Translations under genes and position numbers: made by a program
In this document: piece after piece, positions 39,232 to 53,899 of the stretch
Layout: every line of letters starts with the position of its first letter
How positions within the stretch are numbered: the stretch's first letter is position 1
The notes under the pieces: model-generated
What the model saw: the letters and a program-made list of their open reading frames with translations, nothing else
Database searches by the model: none
What the model was told of the DNA's origin: nothing
Source of the DNA: the human T2T-CHM13v2.0 reference genome, Homo sapiens
NCBI RefSeq assembly: GCF_009914755.1
Contig: NC_060926.1
Length of the DNA: 64,000 nt
Reading direction: 5' to 3' (one strand)

Positions 39232-41133
39232 GTATGTTTTCATACAAAATTTAAAAAAATTCTAAAGTATACGGATGCTGAGTTTCATAACTTCTAAACT
39301 CATATTCTTACTTTTTTTCCTTCTTCCTCTCTCTGGTTACTACAAAAGAAGATGGTCAAATGCTCGTCTTTGGAAATGTGATGAAAATACACAGAAACTA
39401 GTATCATTTCCACATTCCATCAAAAGAACAAGGGGGACTAATGGCATTTAACACAATTGTGCCAGTTATATGGCAGTGCATCTAGAAATGTCCCATCTTT
39501 AGATATGACAATCTGTGTTTCTAGTGCCCTTAACAACACTAAATCAAGAATATTTTTGCCAGTGTTGTACCTCCAGTGTGTTTTCAGAAGAACAGCTAAT
39601 CTGTATGTGTTTCATTCATTTATAAATCACTGAATGTTGATTTAACATAGTTGATGGATCCCTAAGAAAAGCTTCATTAGAAAATGAAGCTTTCTGGTTG
39701 GTAGGTGAGGTGGCTGGTTAAAGGAATCAGACAACAATTTAGATGTCTGCCATCAACAGAACATTAAATTTCGAATCAGAGTTAGAAAAGTCCAGCTTCT
39801 TGTGGCTCAAAGTGGTATTCAATTTTGAGGTTTGAGGTTTTCTTTGCTCCTGCTGACAAAGAAGAGAAAATCAGAAAAAATAAACACAAAAGAGCATCAA
39901 CAGTGTCTACCTTGGTTCTCTACTAGGGAAAGTGGACATGGCTTGTCTTAGGAGTCAAAGGGAAGTCTGTTTCATTGTCCCTGGATGTTGGATTATACTG
40001 GGCAGGAAGGGTGTAGCAGAAGCTACAGGAAGGTAGAGGGAGATCTGGTGAACAGCTGCCTAGTTAGGATGTTGCTTTTTGGACCCCCAGCGGGTACTTT
40101 GGGCTTAGATAAGCAGAAGAGGTGTCAGGTAGCAATCAAGTCAGTGTGTGCCTCCTGCATTGTCTAAGTGCCTGAGGCAGCTCAGGAAGCTAAGAGGTGC
40201 TGCCAGAAATGGTACCTTTTTCCTTGTCAACACAATAACAAACATGAATGCAGCTGAGTAACTGGTTGCAAACGGGAGATCCTGCTCTGCTGGAATCTGA
40301 GATGGGGCACAAAACAACCCCCTACTCTGCCTTTTCCTCACCACAGGAGGGCCATAACTGTCTGTTTGTTGAATGCCAGCAAACTAGCACCTCTCAGGTA
40401 GAGCAAACTACAGTTATCTGTGCTTTTAAACACCAAAGAAAAACACTAAAGACGCCAGCAAGCACAAAGCAGAAGAGCCCCTGAATGCCCCTAGGCTGCC
40501 TGTGATTGTCATTTTGAAGGATTGTTATTACTATGTTTTGACGCCAGTGGACATATTGAACTTCTTTCCTTAGTGCCATTGATGTCAGCAGGATCAAAGG
40601 TGTGTGTGCGTGTCTGTATGCCTGCACAGGCATCACAGGAGGTGAGACAGATGAAACAGGAAGAGGGGAGAAAAAATGGGCAACTGAAGAAGGAATGAAA
40701 GATGAGGGTGGATGGGAACCCTGATTGGAGGTTATGTGGCTCATGGAAGATGAATCATTCTATAATACAGTTCAAAGAGGGCAACAGCACATATATCTCC
40801 TGCAAAGGCATTCTGCCCCACTGAGCCACATTCTCTGAGCTTATTGAAGTGACTACAAATCCCATTCATTGTGGGCAAGACTGATCCCAGGTATGGAAAA
40901 TGTAGTCATTGGGTGCAAGGGTGGCTGTGCCTTCAAGCTAGTTTTGAGAGTAGTAATTACAGCAGATGAATCTTTACTCACTATGGTACAGATTTGACCC
41001 TGGATGTTGAGTTAAACTTGGCAGGAAGGAAGTAGAAAGAGATTTAGTATTTCTTTGTTATCTATTTTGTGCCACGTACGGTGATAAGTTCTGAGGATGT
41101 AAAGATAAGTAAGAGATTATAGGCCAGTTCTAA

Positions 41134-41553
<420 letters not shown>

Positions 41554-41734
41554 TAAATGAACAATACTCAACCTGAGGAAAGGGATACTTTCTGGGGGAG
41601 ACAGCATAAAAAATCTTTCCAAAGGAAACTTGAAGAAGATAGGAAAGCAGACTTAACCAGGTTGACAAAGACAGGGGAGTTTTAAGAAGAAGGAATATGC
41701 TTTTTCTTCCAGCTAACACATATATACAGTCTGT

Positions 41735-41960
41735 ACCAAAGCTCGCCTAAGCACTTTACAAGTATTAACCTATTTAACTTTACAAGAACAATATTACAGA
41801 AGGAATAACATCCATGTTCTTATTTTGTACATAAGGAAAGTGGGGCAGGAACAGAGTAAGTAATTTGGTCAGGGTCAAACTGCTAATAAGGGAGAGAACC
41901 AGAATTTTAACCCACATAGACTGCATTTAGGGTCCATGCTCTTAACTAAGAATACATACT
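41735..41960 (-). mobile_element. MIR SINE
   Basis: ctaagcactttacaagtattaac...attttgtacataaggaaag...agtaagtaatttg. Confidence 0.7.
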
Positions 41961-42019
41961 GCCTTTTTTTGCTAGAAAAAAGGGTATAAAGTTGCAGAGT
42001 TTTCAAGTATCTTTGGTTC

Positions 42020-43830
42020 AGTCCAACCAGTGCATTTATGGTGAGTAAGGATTGTACCAACTACAGATGTTACAAAGATGAATAGGCATAGCTCCTGCTC
42101 CCAAAGTGCTTAAATGTAATAGAAAGAGACCCTTAAACAGCTAATTTCAATATAATGTGGGATCATGTTTAGATATAATAGCTGATTTTCTCTTCATTCT
42201 CTGTAATTTCCTTTTTACTCCATGGCCCTCTTCCTCCTTAAATTAGTTATTAGGATTGTTAAAGCAGAAAAGCAGAAGAGACGCTTTTTGAAGACCAAAT
42301 CCAGAGTCAGCAGGACCTAGGGCCTAGAAGGTATGACATAAACAATAGGTTTGGAATAATTCAGGATGATGCCAAGTCCAGCTCAGTCCTCCTCCTCCTC
42401 CTGCCCCCACAACCACCCCTCTCAATGATACAGGAGGAGAAGAAGGAGATTAAGAGAAAAAGGAAAAGAATTGGAGGCTGGTTTAAGTTCCTGTGACAGA
42501 CACTTTGGAAAGATCCAATGGCAAAGGAACTGCACCTTATTTCCTGGACAATTGGCATTTAGGAGAGAATTCTGAGCAGGAGAAATGAATTTGGCATCAT
42601 CATCATGTAGCTGGTATTTTAAAGCATGAGGTTGAATGAAATCACCAAGGAAAAGACCGGGGAGGTGGTAGACTTCTTGTAAACTTTGCACCCAGGTTAG
42701 GATGGATTCAGTAGAGAAGGATGTAAAGGTATCTATGCAGAGTGGCTGCCATATTCTTGCAGATTTTGTCTGCACCCACTGTGTTCCAGTGAGAAGCCAA
42801 ATGCTTCCCATATTCCCCATTACAAGCTCCATGAGGGCAGGGATACTAACTGTTTTGTTCATTATTCTATTCTCAGAGCCTAGAGCTGAAAATATAGTAG
42901 ACGCCCATAATTTGTTAGGGTGAGCAAATGAATATGCTTCTCAAGGAGAAGGCATATTCTCAAGGAGAAGCAACAAGGAGAAGGTTGCAGTTTATTAATT
43001 CACTTAATAAAGATAATAGTTAGTGATTTCTGTTAGTAGGCACTGTTGTAATTGCTTAGATTATATCCATGAGCAAGTAGAAAAAGATTCCTGCCCTCGT
43101 GGAGCTTATAAAAAGGGAGACAGACAATAAAAACTGAACCAGGATTATGAGTTTACTGTATAATACGTTTCCCCGCAGGATCAGGCTGAAATCAGGAGGA
43201 CTTTGTCTGAAACTGTACCCTTGCCTGATGTCTTCTCCTTACTCTCCTGCTCTCCAATGCCCCTCAGTTTCTCCTGGAGTACTTCCTTAATAAATTGCTT
43301 CCACACAAATCCTCATCTCAGCATCTGTTTGTGGGGAACTTCACCTAAGACAAAAGTTATGCTAGATAAGCTTAGTTGCAGAAAAAAATTAAAATGCACA
43401 GTTCTTGCATCCCTGAGTTTGTAGCTTGAGCCTGGTACCTGCTGTGAATATAATGCAGTATATGCTGCAATCAAAATGTGTACAAAGAAATGGCACATGG
43501 TATAGTGGGGGAATCAGAAAGAGCTTCCTGGAGGATGACTTAACTGGGTGAAGAGTGGTGAAAAGTCATGCCAAGAAGAAGGAATAGTAAAGCCCAAAGT
43601 GCAGCGACAAGAAGGTGTCATGTGTGGGGCCTGCACCTGGCTCAGTAGGTCTGCTGCAGAGAAAGCAGTACACGGCAGCAGAAAAGCATACTTCCCTTAA
43701 GGTGAATATAGGGAAGGGGTTGCGGGATAGTGAGCAGCAGAAAATTATGTAAAGTGGGCAAAGGATCCTATTGCGAGAGTCTTCCAGGTTAGGAATTTGA
43801 ATTTCTCCTAAAGGTATTCAGGGCCATAGA
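42020..43830. mobile_element. Cluster of L2 fragments in both orientations, with an LTR16-like 3' piece at ~43170-43351
   Basis: aagctccatgagggcaggga (L2 +); cctgccctcgtggagctta and gagcttcctggagga (L2 -); aaatcctcatctcagcatctgttt...ggggaact...cctaagaca (LTR16-type end). Confidence 0.55.
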
Positions 43831-43989
43831 AGAGTTTTGTTTGGTTTTGTTTTTAATTCAGTTGTGTAGTCACATGGCACAAAATTTGAAAGTACTAAAG
43901 GTTTACAGTTTAAAAGAGAGTCTTTATCTATTCTTTCACTTAGCCGTGGGAACCACTAATACAAATTTCTTGAGTCTCCTTTGGAAAAT

Positions 43990-44138
43990 ATGCTTTATAA
44001 TATATATATGCTTTATATATTATATATTATATTATATGTATTATATTATATGCTTTATATATTTAATATATAATTAATACATATTGCTTATATATATAAA
44101 GCACCGTAATTATTTATTTATTATTTATTTATTAAATA
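43990..44138. repeat. AT-rich low-complexity / (TA)n-derived stretch
   Basis: Directly visible. Confidence 0.85.
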
Positions 44139-44139
44139 T

Positions 44140-44469
<330 letters not shown>

Positions 44470-45234
44470 TCATTGTAAAGTTTTAGTAGAGGAGTGATAT
44501 GGTCAGTTTAGCATCTCATAAACACTATTACAGCTGTAGCATGCAGAACAGAGGGAGAGGGGAACAAGGCAAGACATGAGCAGTGTTTGACATAACATAG
44601 GAGCAATATAACTGAGAGAAAATGAAGATTTTAAAATTAGCCATTTTAACCAAATAACAACCATCCATTACTGATGTAGTGCATCTCTTCTAAATAACTC
44701 AGAGCATCTTCATCCACAATCCCTCTAGTCTCAAACTACATTGTGACCACCTGAGAAAAGACACTTGAGCTTACAGTTTGCACATGGGAGAAACAAGGTA
44801 CCTAAAGAGGTAACTTTAGGCTACTTTGATTCTGGGTCTAATATTCTCTCCCCTGGTTATTTTAACTCTACACTTTTGATGGTCCAAACCATCCGCACAG
44901 TAAATAAGCAAGCTTCACAGTGGATTAGGAGAGCCAGTTACTGTACCAGCAAAATAATGATCTAAGAACTCCTAGAAAGTGGAGAAGAAATTTTTTGTTC
45001 TGATGCTTACCAAGCCTTTAGAGACCCTCAGGTAACACAAAGTATTATTAAGTTAGAAACAATTCAAGTAAGTATTTTCTGAAGCAAAAGAGAAACTAGA
45101 CACAGGGCAGACTCTCCCGCTGAAGGTTTCCTGAAGAATTACCTTGATTCTGCTTAATGTCATCTAAACCCAGTGCTCAGGGCACATGCAATAATCATGA
45201 TAGATTCCCTTGTTCGGAGGTAGACATGGAAAGC

Positions 45235-46195
45235 CTTAGTAGGCGGACTTCTCAGATGGTCTCCACTGATACCCATCTCCTGGCATTTGTGCCCTGGTGG
45301 AATTTCTTTCCCCTGAGGGTAGGCTAGACCTAGTGACTTGCTTCTAATAAACACAATAAGGCAAAAGTGATAGGCTGTCACTTCTGTGATTAGGTTACAA
45401 AAGATTGTGGCTTCCATCTTGCTAGCAAATTCTCCTTATTGTCTTTATATTAGCCTGTTCAGGCTGCTGTAACAGAATACCATAGACTGGGTGGTTTACA
45501 AACAACAGAAATTTAGCTCTCACAACTCTGGAGGCTGGAAATCCAAGATCAAGATTCTCGCAGATTCAGTGTCTGGTGAGGGCTAGACATATTCAGGTTC
45601 ATAGACAGCCATCTTCTTGCTGTGTCCTAACATGGCAGAAGAAAGAAACACCTCACTGGGGTCCTTTTAATAAGGGCATTAATCCCATTCATGAGGGCTC
45701 CTCCCTCCCTCATTACCTAATCACCTGCCAAAGGCCTTACCTCCTAATACTATCACATTGGGGATTGGGTTTTCAACACATGCATTTGGGGAAAACAAAC
45801 ATTCATTCTATAGCAGTCTTCAGAGTTTGCCCATTTGGATGAAGGAAGCTGCCATGTTAGAGCGGTCACACAGCAAATAATGGAGGGTGGCCTGCAGTCA
45901 ATAGCTGGCAAGGAACTGAAGCCCTCAGTACAATGCCCGTAGAGGAACTGAGTCCTACCATCAACCATGAGAGTGGCTTTGGGTACACATCCTTTCCCAA
46001 TCCTGGCTTCAGATGAGAATGCAACCCCTAGACTAAAGCCTTGATTGCAAGCTTGTAAAAAACTATAATGCAAAAGACCCAGCTAAGCTGTGCCTGGATT
46101 CCTGAACCACAGAAACTATGAGATCATAAATGTGTATCATTTTAAGCTGCTAAATTTTGGCATAATCTGTTTCACAGTAATAGCTAATTAATACA
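45235..46195 (+). mobile_element. MLT1E-like MaLR LTR, interrupted by a younger MLT1A-like LTR
   Basis: gacctagtgacttgcttctaat, cacttctgtgattaggttac and ttttaagctgctaaattttgg...taataca; aaagc on both flanks. Confidence 0.75.
45446..45815 (-). mobile_element. MLT1A0/MSTD-like solo LTR
   Basis: ggctgctgtaacagaataccatagactgggtgg...aacattcattctatagca; perfect 5-bp TSD gtctt (45441-45445, 45816-45820). Confidence 0.85.
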
Positions 46196-48814
46196 AAAGC
46201 AAGGTCAGGGTGAACACAAAAATTAAATAATTATGACTTACATACATAGAACTATGCTATGCTGTTACACATAGCATGCACCCTTCTTATGAACTCAACA
46301 GTATAACTTAACTAGAGTGCTTACTTGACTGAGACTTAGATATTGGTCACTCTGCAATTCACAGTCCTCTCTTCACCACTACGGCTTCTTTTGATGATCC
46401 ATTGCATGTTTTTCAGGACTTACCTCTTGATTCAAGATCTTTTCAGGAGGATACTGGGGAAACTGTATTACCCCGGTGGCATGAATAGGAAAGAAAAGAT
46501 GCTAGACTGCATGCTTAAAGCACATGACACAGAGGCAGAGCTGTCAGCAACTCCAGCATCACGGGATTTAACATTAGGGCTTAAATAAGAACCTTAAGCA
46601 GCCCTACAAAAGCCCTAAATAGCAGCAGGAATATTGAAGTTGGGGAATATGTGTAGTTAATCCTGACAGATAATGTCTTAAAGGGATCCTAATTTACTTG
46701 GGAGATGCGATGAGAGACTATGAGGCTCAGAAATCTTCTCTTTATTTTATTCTAGATGTTTTCAACCTGTTTTCACTTGAAGTTGATAAGTCTATATCTA
46801 ATGAGCATTGACCTCTGGAATTTGAGAAGATGACAGAGAATGAAAAATTAAAGTTTCTTCTCTTTCTGATGCTCTATTGGTGAAGAGAGGGTACATATGA
46901 AAAAGATCTACAAATACTGTCCTAATTTCACAGAAGGTGGTAAACATATAGTGCTCACTATTTATATGCAACCAGTTAGACTCTCCATTCATAAACTCAG
47001 TTGTAAAAGAAATCTTCATTTAAAACATTTTTACATAAAACTAAATGCATCTGTGGCCTCTTTTTTGCCTGGCTATTAGAAAATTTAGTAACAGCTATTA
47101 TTGCAGCCTTCTTTTTCAAGGATTGCTGCAGAATTTCACCCAAAAGATGAGCAAAAGACCTCTTACCCTGACCGCAGCATAGCTGTTGCTGATTCCTTAC
47201 TGCCCAGGCCTGTGGTGGCAGTAAGGACTACGGGGTGTGGGTTTAAGGCAGATATAGAAATCTCAGGGAACCTCAACTAGTAAGCAGAAGACAGAAGTCA
47301 AGACCTTCTTTGGCTATCACTTACAGTGTTCCTTGAAAAAACTTCCTCACCATTTTAAAGGCCCTGTTTCTCTTTCTGTAAAATTGAGGGTAAATACATT
47401 TGTATTCCAACTGCCTCACGAATAGTCAATTAGGTGGTTTTCTCTCACTTCCATACTTAGCAAATCAAAAAAGTATGAAAAGCATACTTTTCAGAACAAG
47501 TTCTAATGTCTTCCTCCTGGGAGGGAGGCTGGTCAGGAGTTTCTGTGCACCGGTGTTCCACGAGGCAACTAGGCCACGGCCATTGGAGATTCATCCAAGC
47601 TCACACCCAGGAGGTCCCCGGTTAACATGAAGAGCTCATGATACTTAATCCAGTGTTCTTTCTACTGCACTGTGCTGCCAGAACAGTGGTCACCAATTGC
47701 GCCACTCCCAAATCAATGTTAAACCGTGCATAAAACAACAGCACTGATTATGGGCTATGCTGTTATTTCAGGGGGACCATATCTAGTTGGAGAAGGGCTA
47801 TATATGTCGGGTAAGGAATTGAGACTAACGAGACAGCAGAGAGCAGAGGTAGGCTTTTGTGTTTGGTTGATAGCGATGGATTCTACTGTACCTTTGTTTT
47901 TAATATTGGATCTTTCTCTGCAAATGCATGGATACAGCACAGAAACATCTATTACCTGTTTCTGAAACATCATCAAAAGCCCCATGGGCAGCAGAGTATA
48001 ATGCAATGTGCCAACATGACAAGTGTGAAGTGTGTCAAGTCAGGGAACACCATAAATCCCCTATTCAATTCTCAAAGAATGTGATATACAAATGTCCATT
48101 CATCTTGCTCTCTCACACTTTCACCATTTTCCAAGGAGGCATCTGATAGGCTAGTGAGGATTCCCTCTGTGCTGAGCTCCTGAGGGCAAGACTCATTAAC
48201 CATTTGGCTGTCTCTAAAATTATTACATCCAAGCACTCAGGGAAAATAGGAACCTGAGGTAGCATACCACAACTTGCTACTATCATTTGTCAAAAACTGG
48301 CACCAGGTAGAAATGACACAGGATAACAAGTCCAGAAGCATCTAGAACAAACAAGAAGGATTCATCATTGAAGACAGGCAGAAAACACCCCCCAACCATC
48401 CATCCTCATATCAATTATGCTAGTACAGACTCACATTCCCAAGGCCTAAACAAGTACGGTTCATATTCCCAAGGCCTAAAAAAAACAGTTGGACCTTAAA
48501 AAATTAGATTAAATTTTAAATAGAAACCAGACCTAAGAAAAAAATAAGTGCATTGTATTCTGCCTCTTTGTTTGTTCCTCATTAAGTACAGGTTTTCAAG
48601 AAAAAAATAAGTTAATGAGGGGAAACCTCAGTATTTGACTACAGAAAAATATATGCACCCTTCTCCCTGCATTGACAACATCAGGAGAGGTGTCAGGGAT
48701 GTTCAAGACAGGGGAAGGGGTCAGCCCATCAAGAATTGGAAAGATGATCAAGAGGAAGAAGTGCTGTAAGCCTAGAGAATGGAAAAAAAATTGAAAAAAA
48801 CAGCTAAAGTTTAT

Positions 48815-49012
48815 AAGTACTCCCCAGGTGCCAGGACTTACTAAATTTTTAAAATGTATTATCTCAGTCTAATTTCACCAAAACTCTATATGGATAGTAC
48901 TATTATTATTCCATTCATAGATGAAGGAAACCGAGGCACAGGAAAGTTAAGTGACTTGAAGGTTAAATATCTGAATTCAAGCAGCCTGCCCTAGAGGCCA
49001 CAGTGTGAACAA
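48815..49012 (-). mobile_element. MIR SINE
   Basis: attattccattcatagatgaaggaaaccgaggcacaggaaagttaagtgacttg. Confidence 0.8.
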
Positions 49013-49018
49013 TAAAGC

Positions 49019-49181
49019 CAGTGGTTCTCTGTCTTATTCTTCCATCAGAAGCTCTGGAGGGCTTGTTAAAATCCAGCCCTAGAGTTTTTAATTCAATAAG
49101 TAAGACGGGAGTTTGCCTTTCTAACAGGTTCTCATATGATGCCGATGTTGCGGGTCCAGGGACCACACTTTAAGAAACATT
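49019..49181. mobile_element. MER5A hAT MITE
   Basis: cagtggttctc...ggagggcttgttaaa...ttctaacaggttctc...ggtccagggaccacacttt. Confidence 0.85.
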
Positions 49182-50429
49182 GCATTTAGCTATATTGTCC
49201 TTTTAAAAGGGAAGCAGTCTAGTCAAAGGGAGTAACATTAGCAAATGCATAGATTAAAAACAAAACAAGTCAGGTAATAATAAAGAAGTGTATCTAACTT
49301 TAGCAATCATGTTGGTGACTCCAGTTTAAAAAAAAAAAAAAACCTATGTCGTAACAAAGACTTGGAAATCCTGACGTGAATATTGCAGTATATAGACAGC
49401 CATGCCATCCTTTTTATACATAAAGGATGTATAAAACTTTGGGAACCTACAAAGGAGGTAAGAACAAACAAACTCTTACAGGTAAGGCAAGGCAGATGGC
49501 TGCATCTTTAAAATCTATTGGCATACATTAATCATGAGTACGCTTAAGTCAAAAGGAAAGATGAAAAGAACACTTTGATGCTGGTGTGGCATAAAATCAC
49601 ACATTATATCTATATCCCAGACAGCTTTCTAAAGAAAAACAAACAAACAACAAAAAGCACCCTCCCAAAACACTAAGCAATATGGATCACTTTCTCCAAC
49701 TCCATGTCAAAATTCGATCATTTTGTTTAAGTTTAGGAGTCTAGTGGAATCCATTGTCTTTGGAATGTGTTACAAGAGTCAACTGAGACCTTCAAAGAAA
49801 ACTTTCACTTTTGGATTACAAGAGACACATTTCAACAGAGATGTTTCTCTCAAAAATAACAAAAAAATTATGCTAGTAAAATATTTTTTTAAATGCAAAG
49901 TGCTTTCTGTAGTAACCGAAAGTCCCCCAATCCTGGATACTACTTTTATTTCACTGATAATTTTGACATAGAAAAGCATGTACGGAATAAAATCATCCAC
50001 CTAAGCCTTCTTTGGACATCTTTTACATCAAAGCCAAGAGGACACAAGGTGCCTTGGGCATTGTGACTCTCACGATGAGGCTTACAGCCTATTGAAAGAC
50101 TTTACGTTTTAATTTATGTGTGTGAATACATTGCTACAATTCTCTCCCAAAATGTCTTAGTTTTAGCCAATCATGAATGTGCAAGAAACCCAGAAGATGG
50201 TATAAAACATTTATTTACCTTTCCCATTGAACCCCCTATTAGATCCTGTAAAGCCTACTCAGTGTGGTGGACTCTTTTCTCTTAGTTGAGAAGGGATGAA
50301 AGATGTAAATGAAGGGAGAAGAAAAATTTTATACAAAGTCAAATACAGTAAGTACTATGCATACTGCTCAGACAATCATAAGTACATAGGAACTTAGAGG
50401 ACAGAGATATTACTGGAAATCTCATTAAG

Positions 50430-51000
50430 CTTTCTTGAGATGCTCTGGATTTCAGATTTGAAAGAAGGATAAGAGAGAACAATAGAGAGGGAACGTTCCA
50501 GGAAGGAGGGTGCTTCTGAACAAATGCTGAGCGATAAGACTTTCATTCTAGGATATGCCATTATGAAGAAGGTAGTAAGTGCATTAACATGATTGAGACA
50601 GCAAAGACCCAAGTAGGGCAAACACCTGGGACAAAGATAGAAAAGCATTCTTAGGCTTATCAGGGAGGGATGGGGGTGTCACACCAAGAGTAACTGTTAG
50701 AGGCAACGGGAAGCCACTGAAGAATTTGAAAGGAGTGACATGAAAAAAGTAATGATTTAAACAGACAAAATGGCAGCATTTCATAGCATATGTCCAAGAG
50801 TAAACCATCGGCTAGGAAACCACTACAACAGTCCAGACATGAAGCAACAAAGACCCAAACTAAAGTCAGGCCACTGGTAATGTAAAGGAAGGGATGACTG
50901 TTAGGTTCAGAAATAAGGAGAAATCCTTGTCCTGGCTATGACTGTGGTTGAGGAAGGAATAGCCAAGTAGTGATGTCAAGCTTCTCAGTCTCAGTGTCTG
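50430..51000 (-). mobile_element. L2 fragment
   Basis: ggcaacgggaagccactgaagaattt...aggagtgacatga and gtccagacatga...cccaaactaa are antisense L2 motifs. Confidence 0.6.
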
Positions 51001-51208
51001 GCCAGAAACAGTAACTGAGGCCTACACGGGTTAAAGAACTTGACCAGGCTCATGTTTCATCAATGACAAGGTTGCATTTAGATATATGGGATCTCAGTTT
51101 AGTCTTCCTTCCAGTACTTCATGCCACCTCATGCATATTCGTACAAAGCTTTTGAGTCTTGACATTTCATCACACCACAATAACTCTAAAATCATGCAGC
51201 ACATGTAG

Positions 51209-51605
<397 letters not shown>

Positions 51606-51769
51606 AAGCACATTTTATAAGAAATTTTTCCAAATTCTAGTATGATTATTTATAATGTCATAATTATAGATTTTTTTTCTAAGTAGAAATTCTGTATGGT
51701 AACCCATTCCCTAGAGAGAGTAACCTCTCCCAACTCCTCATCCTTCATTGATTCAAAGGTTCTTGAGAG

Positions 51770-51985
51770 CAGGGTTCCTCAACCTTCACACTATTGACAT
51801 TTTGGCCTGGATGACTGTTTGTTCTATGTAGGGGGCAGGTATTGCAGAATGTTTACCAGCATCTCTGGCTCCACTCACTAGATGCCGGTAGCAATCATCC
51901 ACTCCTAGTTGTTACAACCCCAATGTCTCCAGACATTGTCAAATGTCCCTTGGGGGACAAAATCACTTCCATTTGAGAATCTCTG
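51770..51985 (+). mobile_element. MER20 hAT MITE
   Basis: cactattgacattttggcctggat...cactagatgcc...aatgtctccagacattgtcaaatgtccc...gagaatctctg. Confidence 0.9.
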
Positions 51986-53899
51986 CCTTAAAGGTATTTT
52001 ACAAAACTTACATCAATGAAACTATCATTTCAATTCAACAACTCTCCTAAGTTCTGTCTTTGGATGGTGGTTCTCTTATATGTGTGGGTGGGGGCGTTGG
52101 AGGAGAGTTGGGAAGATAAGACTCAATCACCAGTTGCCAAGTTTCACTTTAAACTTCCCCTTCGTGGGGTATCACTGCATCTGGAGCCAAATCGAAGGGG
52201 ACTTGCTTAACTGGAGCCCAAAAGTCTTCTGTGGTCTTTAAGAAACACATGGCAACAAAGTGCTTTCCATGAACTCACTTTTCACTTAGAATCAACTAAA
52301 TTCTTTTTTAGCTATTTAGAAGAGATCTTGTACCTCAGAACAAAAAAAATTACAACCATCTTCAGCAAATGTTAATATCTGAGTTATAAGCCCTCCAAAG
52401 GAGGGGACAAAGCTGGGTTCCCTCTCCAGAATGACCCTGGACTATGAGCCAAGACCAAGGCTATGGCCCTTTAATCTGAGAAGGACATGCCTCTTACCGT
52501 ACTCTGATCATCTGCCTCAAATGGGCAGGCCTGCAAGGCAACAAAGTAACTGATGAGACCATCAACTATACTTTCTACAGCTTTATCTTTCAGATTCATC
52601 AGGAATTGAGTAAGAAAAAGGGACCTGTTATGTTTAATCATAAACTGACAAGACATTTGTATTTATGTGGCAAGAAGTTACATCTGCCAACCAGGCTCCT
52701 GTCTTAAGTAAAAGCTTCATGTCAGCTCTTCTGTTTACTCAATCGTCAGCTGCTTTCTGGTCTCACTTGCTTTACTATATATTTATATTGAAAGAATACA
52801 TTCTCAGCAGCTTTTAGGCTCTTAAATGCATTTCAAGAGAAGACCAAGTCCAATCACTGTTACTTAATTAACACAATTGTGAAGACTTCAATCTAGCTAC
52901 ACAATAGCTTTCCTGACCTTGCAGAAGGAGGCAGGACTTCATTATTGAGTATATTGTTTCCTATAAACATATAAAACCCCTACAATAACAATCCCATCAG
53001 CCGAAATGAAGTTATCTGAGAACAGAATTAAACTCTAAATGACCTTTTGCTCTACTCCGTAGCCCCCTATTAATAATTTCTAATCTAATCAGTGTGGATA
53101 AATGCACTAAGGCTGGTCATGCCAGGCACTGGGCCAGCCCGGCCAATTGCCGTCCATCTGATTCATTCCAGTCCAGAGCTTGTCTGGAAAAGACGCATCC
53201 CTCGCTGAGAGGCCACTGCCTGATTTCTTCTTTTGTTATCTTTTAGCAGCAAAGTCATGTCCTTGTAACTGATAGACACGTTTCTTTGTAAATAACCCTG
53301 GAGTGACTGATAGAGCTTTTGCCAGACAAAGGCGCAAATAGCAAGGCATTACTCATGCCAAGCCGGAGAACACTGTGTCACGGCTGACAAATTTATGGGA
53401 GATATGAGCTCACCTCTTGCACAAATATATACTTTCCTGGCAAATTCATCACATGCTTTAATGGCCCCATACTGCATTTGTCAGCTGTCTGTCCCTGTGC
53501 CTTGTTGCCTTTGGTTTCCTGTCAAGGATTGTTTGTTGAAATCATCTTACAGCCCCATTCTTCAGCAGTGAGACCCAAGAAAGATCAATGATGACACCTG
53601 TATTGATAATATTTTACATTCAACTATTTGGCTGATAAATCATTTTAACAATGCTGATATGTTTATTGAGTGTCTGCCGGCATCACAATGATATGGAAAG
53701 CGATGCCAACTTAAATCTTTGCTTTGTTGGTCTGGTTTTTATTTCTTTCTTTTCATTTTCCCATAATTAAATGTGCCATAGTACAGGTTTTACTTCCCCA
53801 TGTCAATCGCGAGCAAGTGAAAACAGGAGAAGGGGTGACCTTGCGCTTCCACTCATTGGTTTGTTTTGTAAAAAGGTAAGAATGGAAGCCTGGTAGTTA

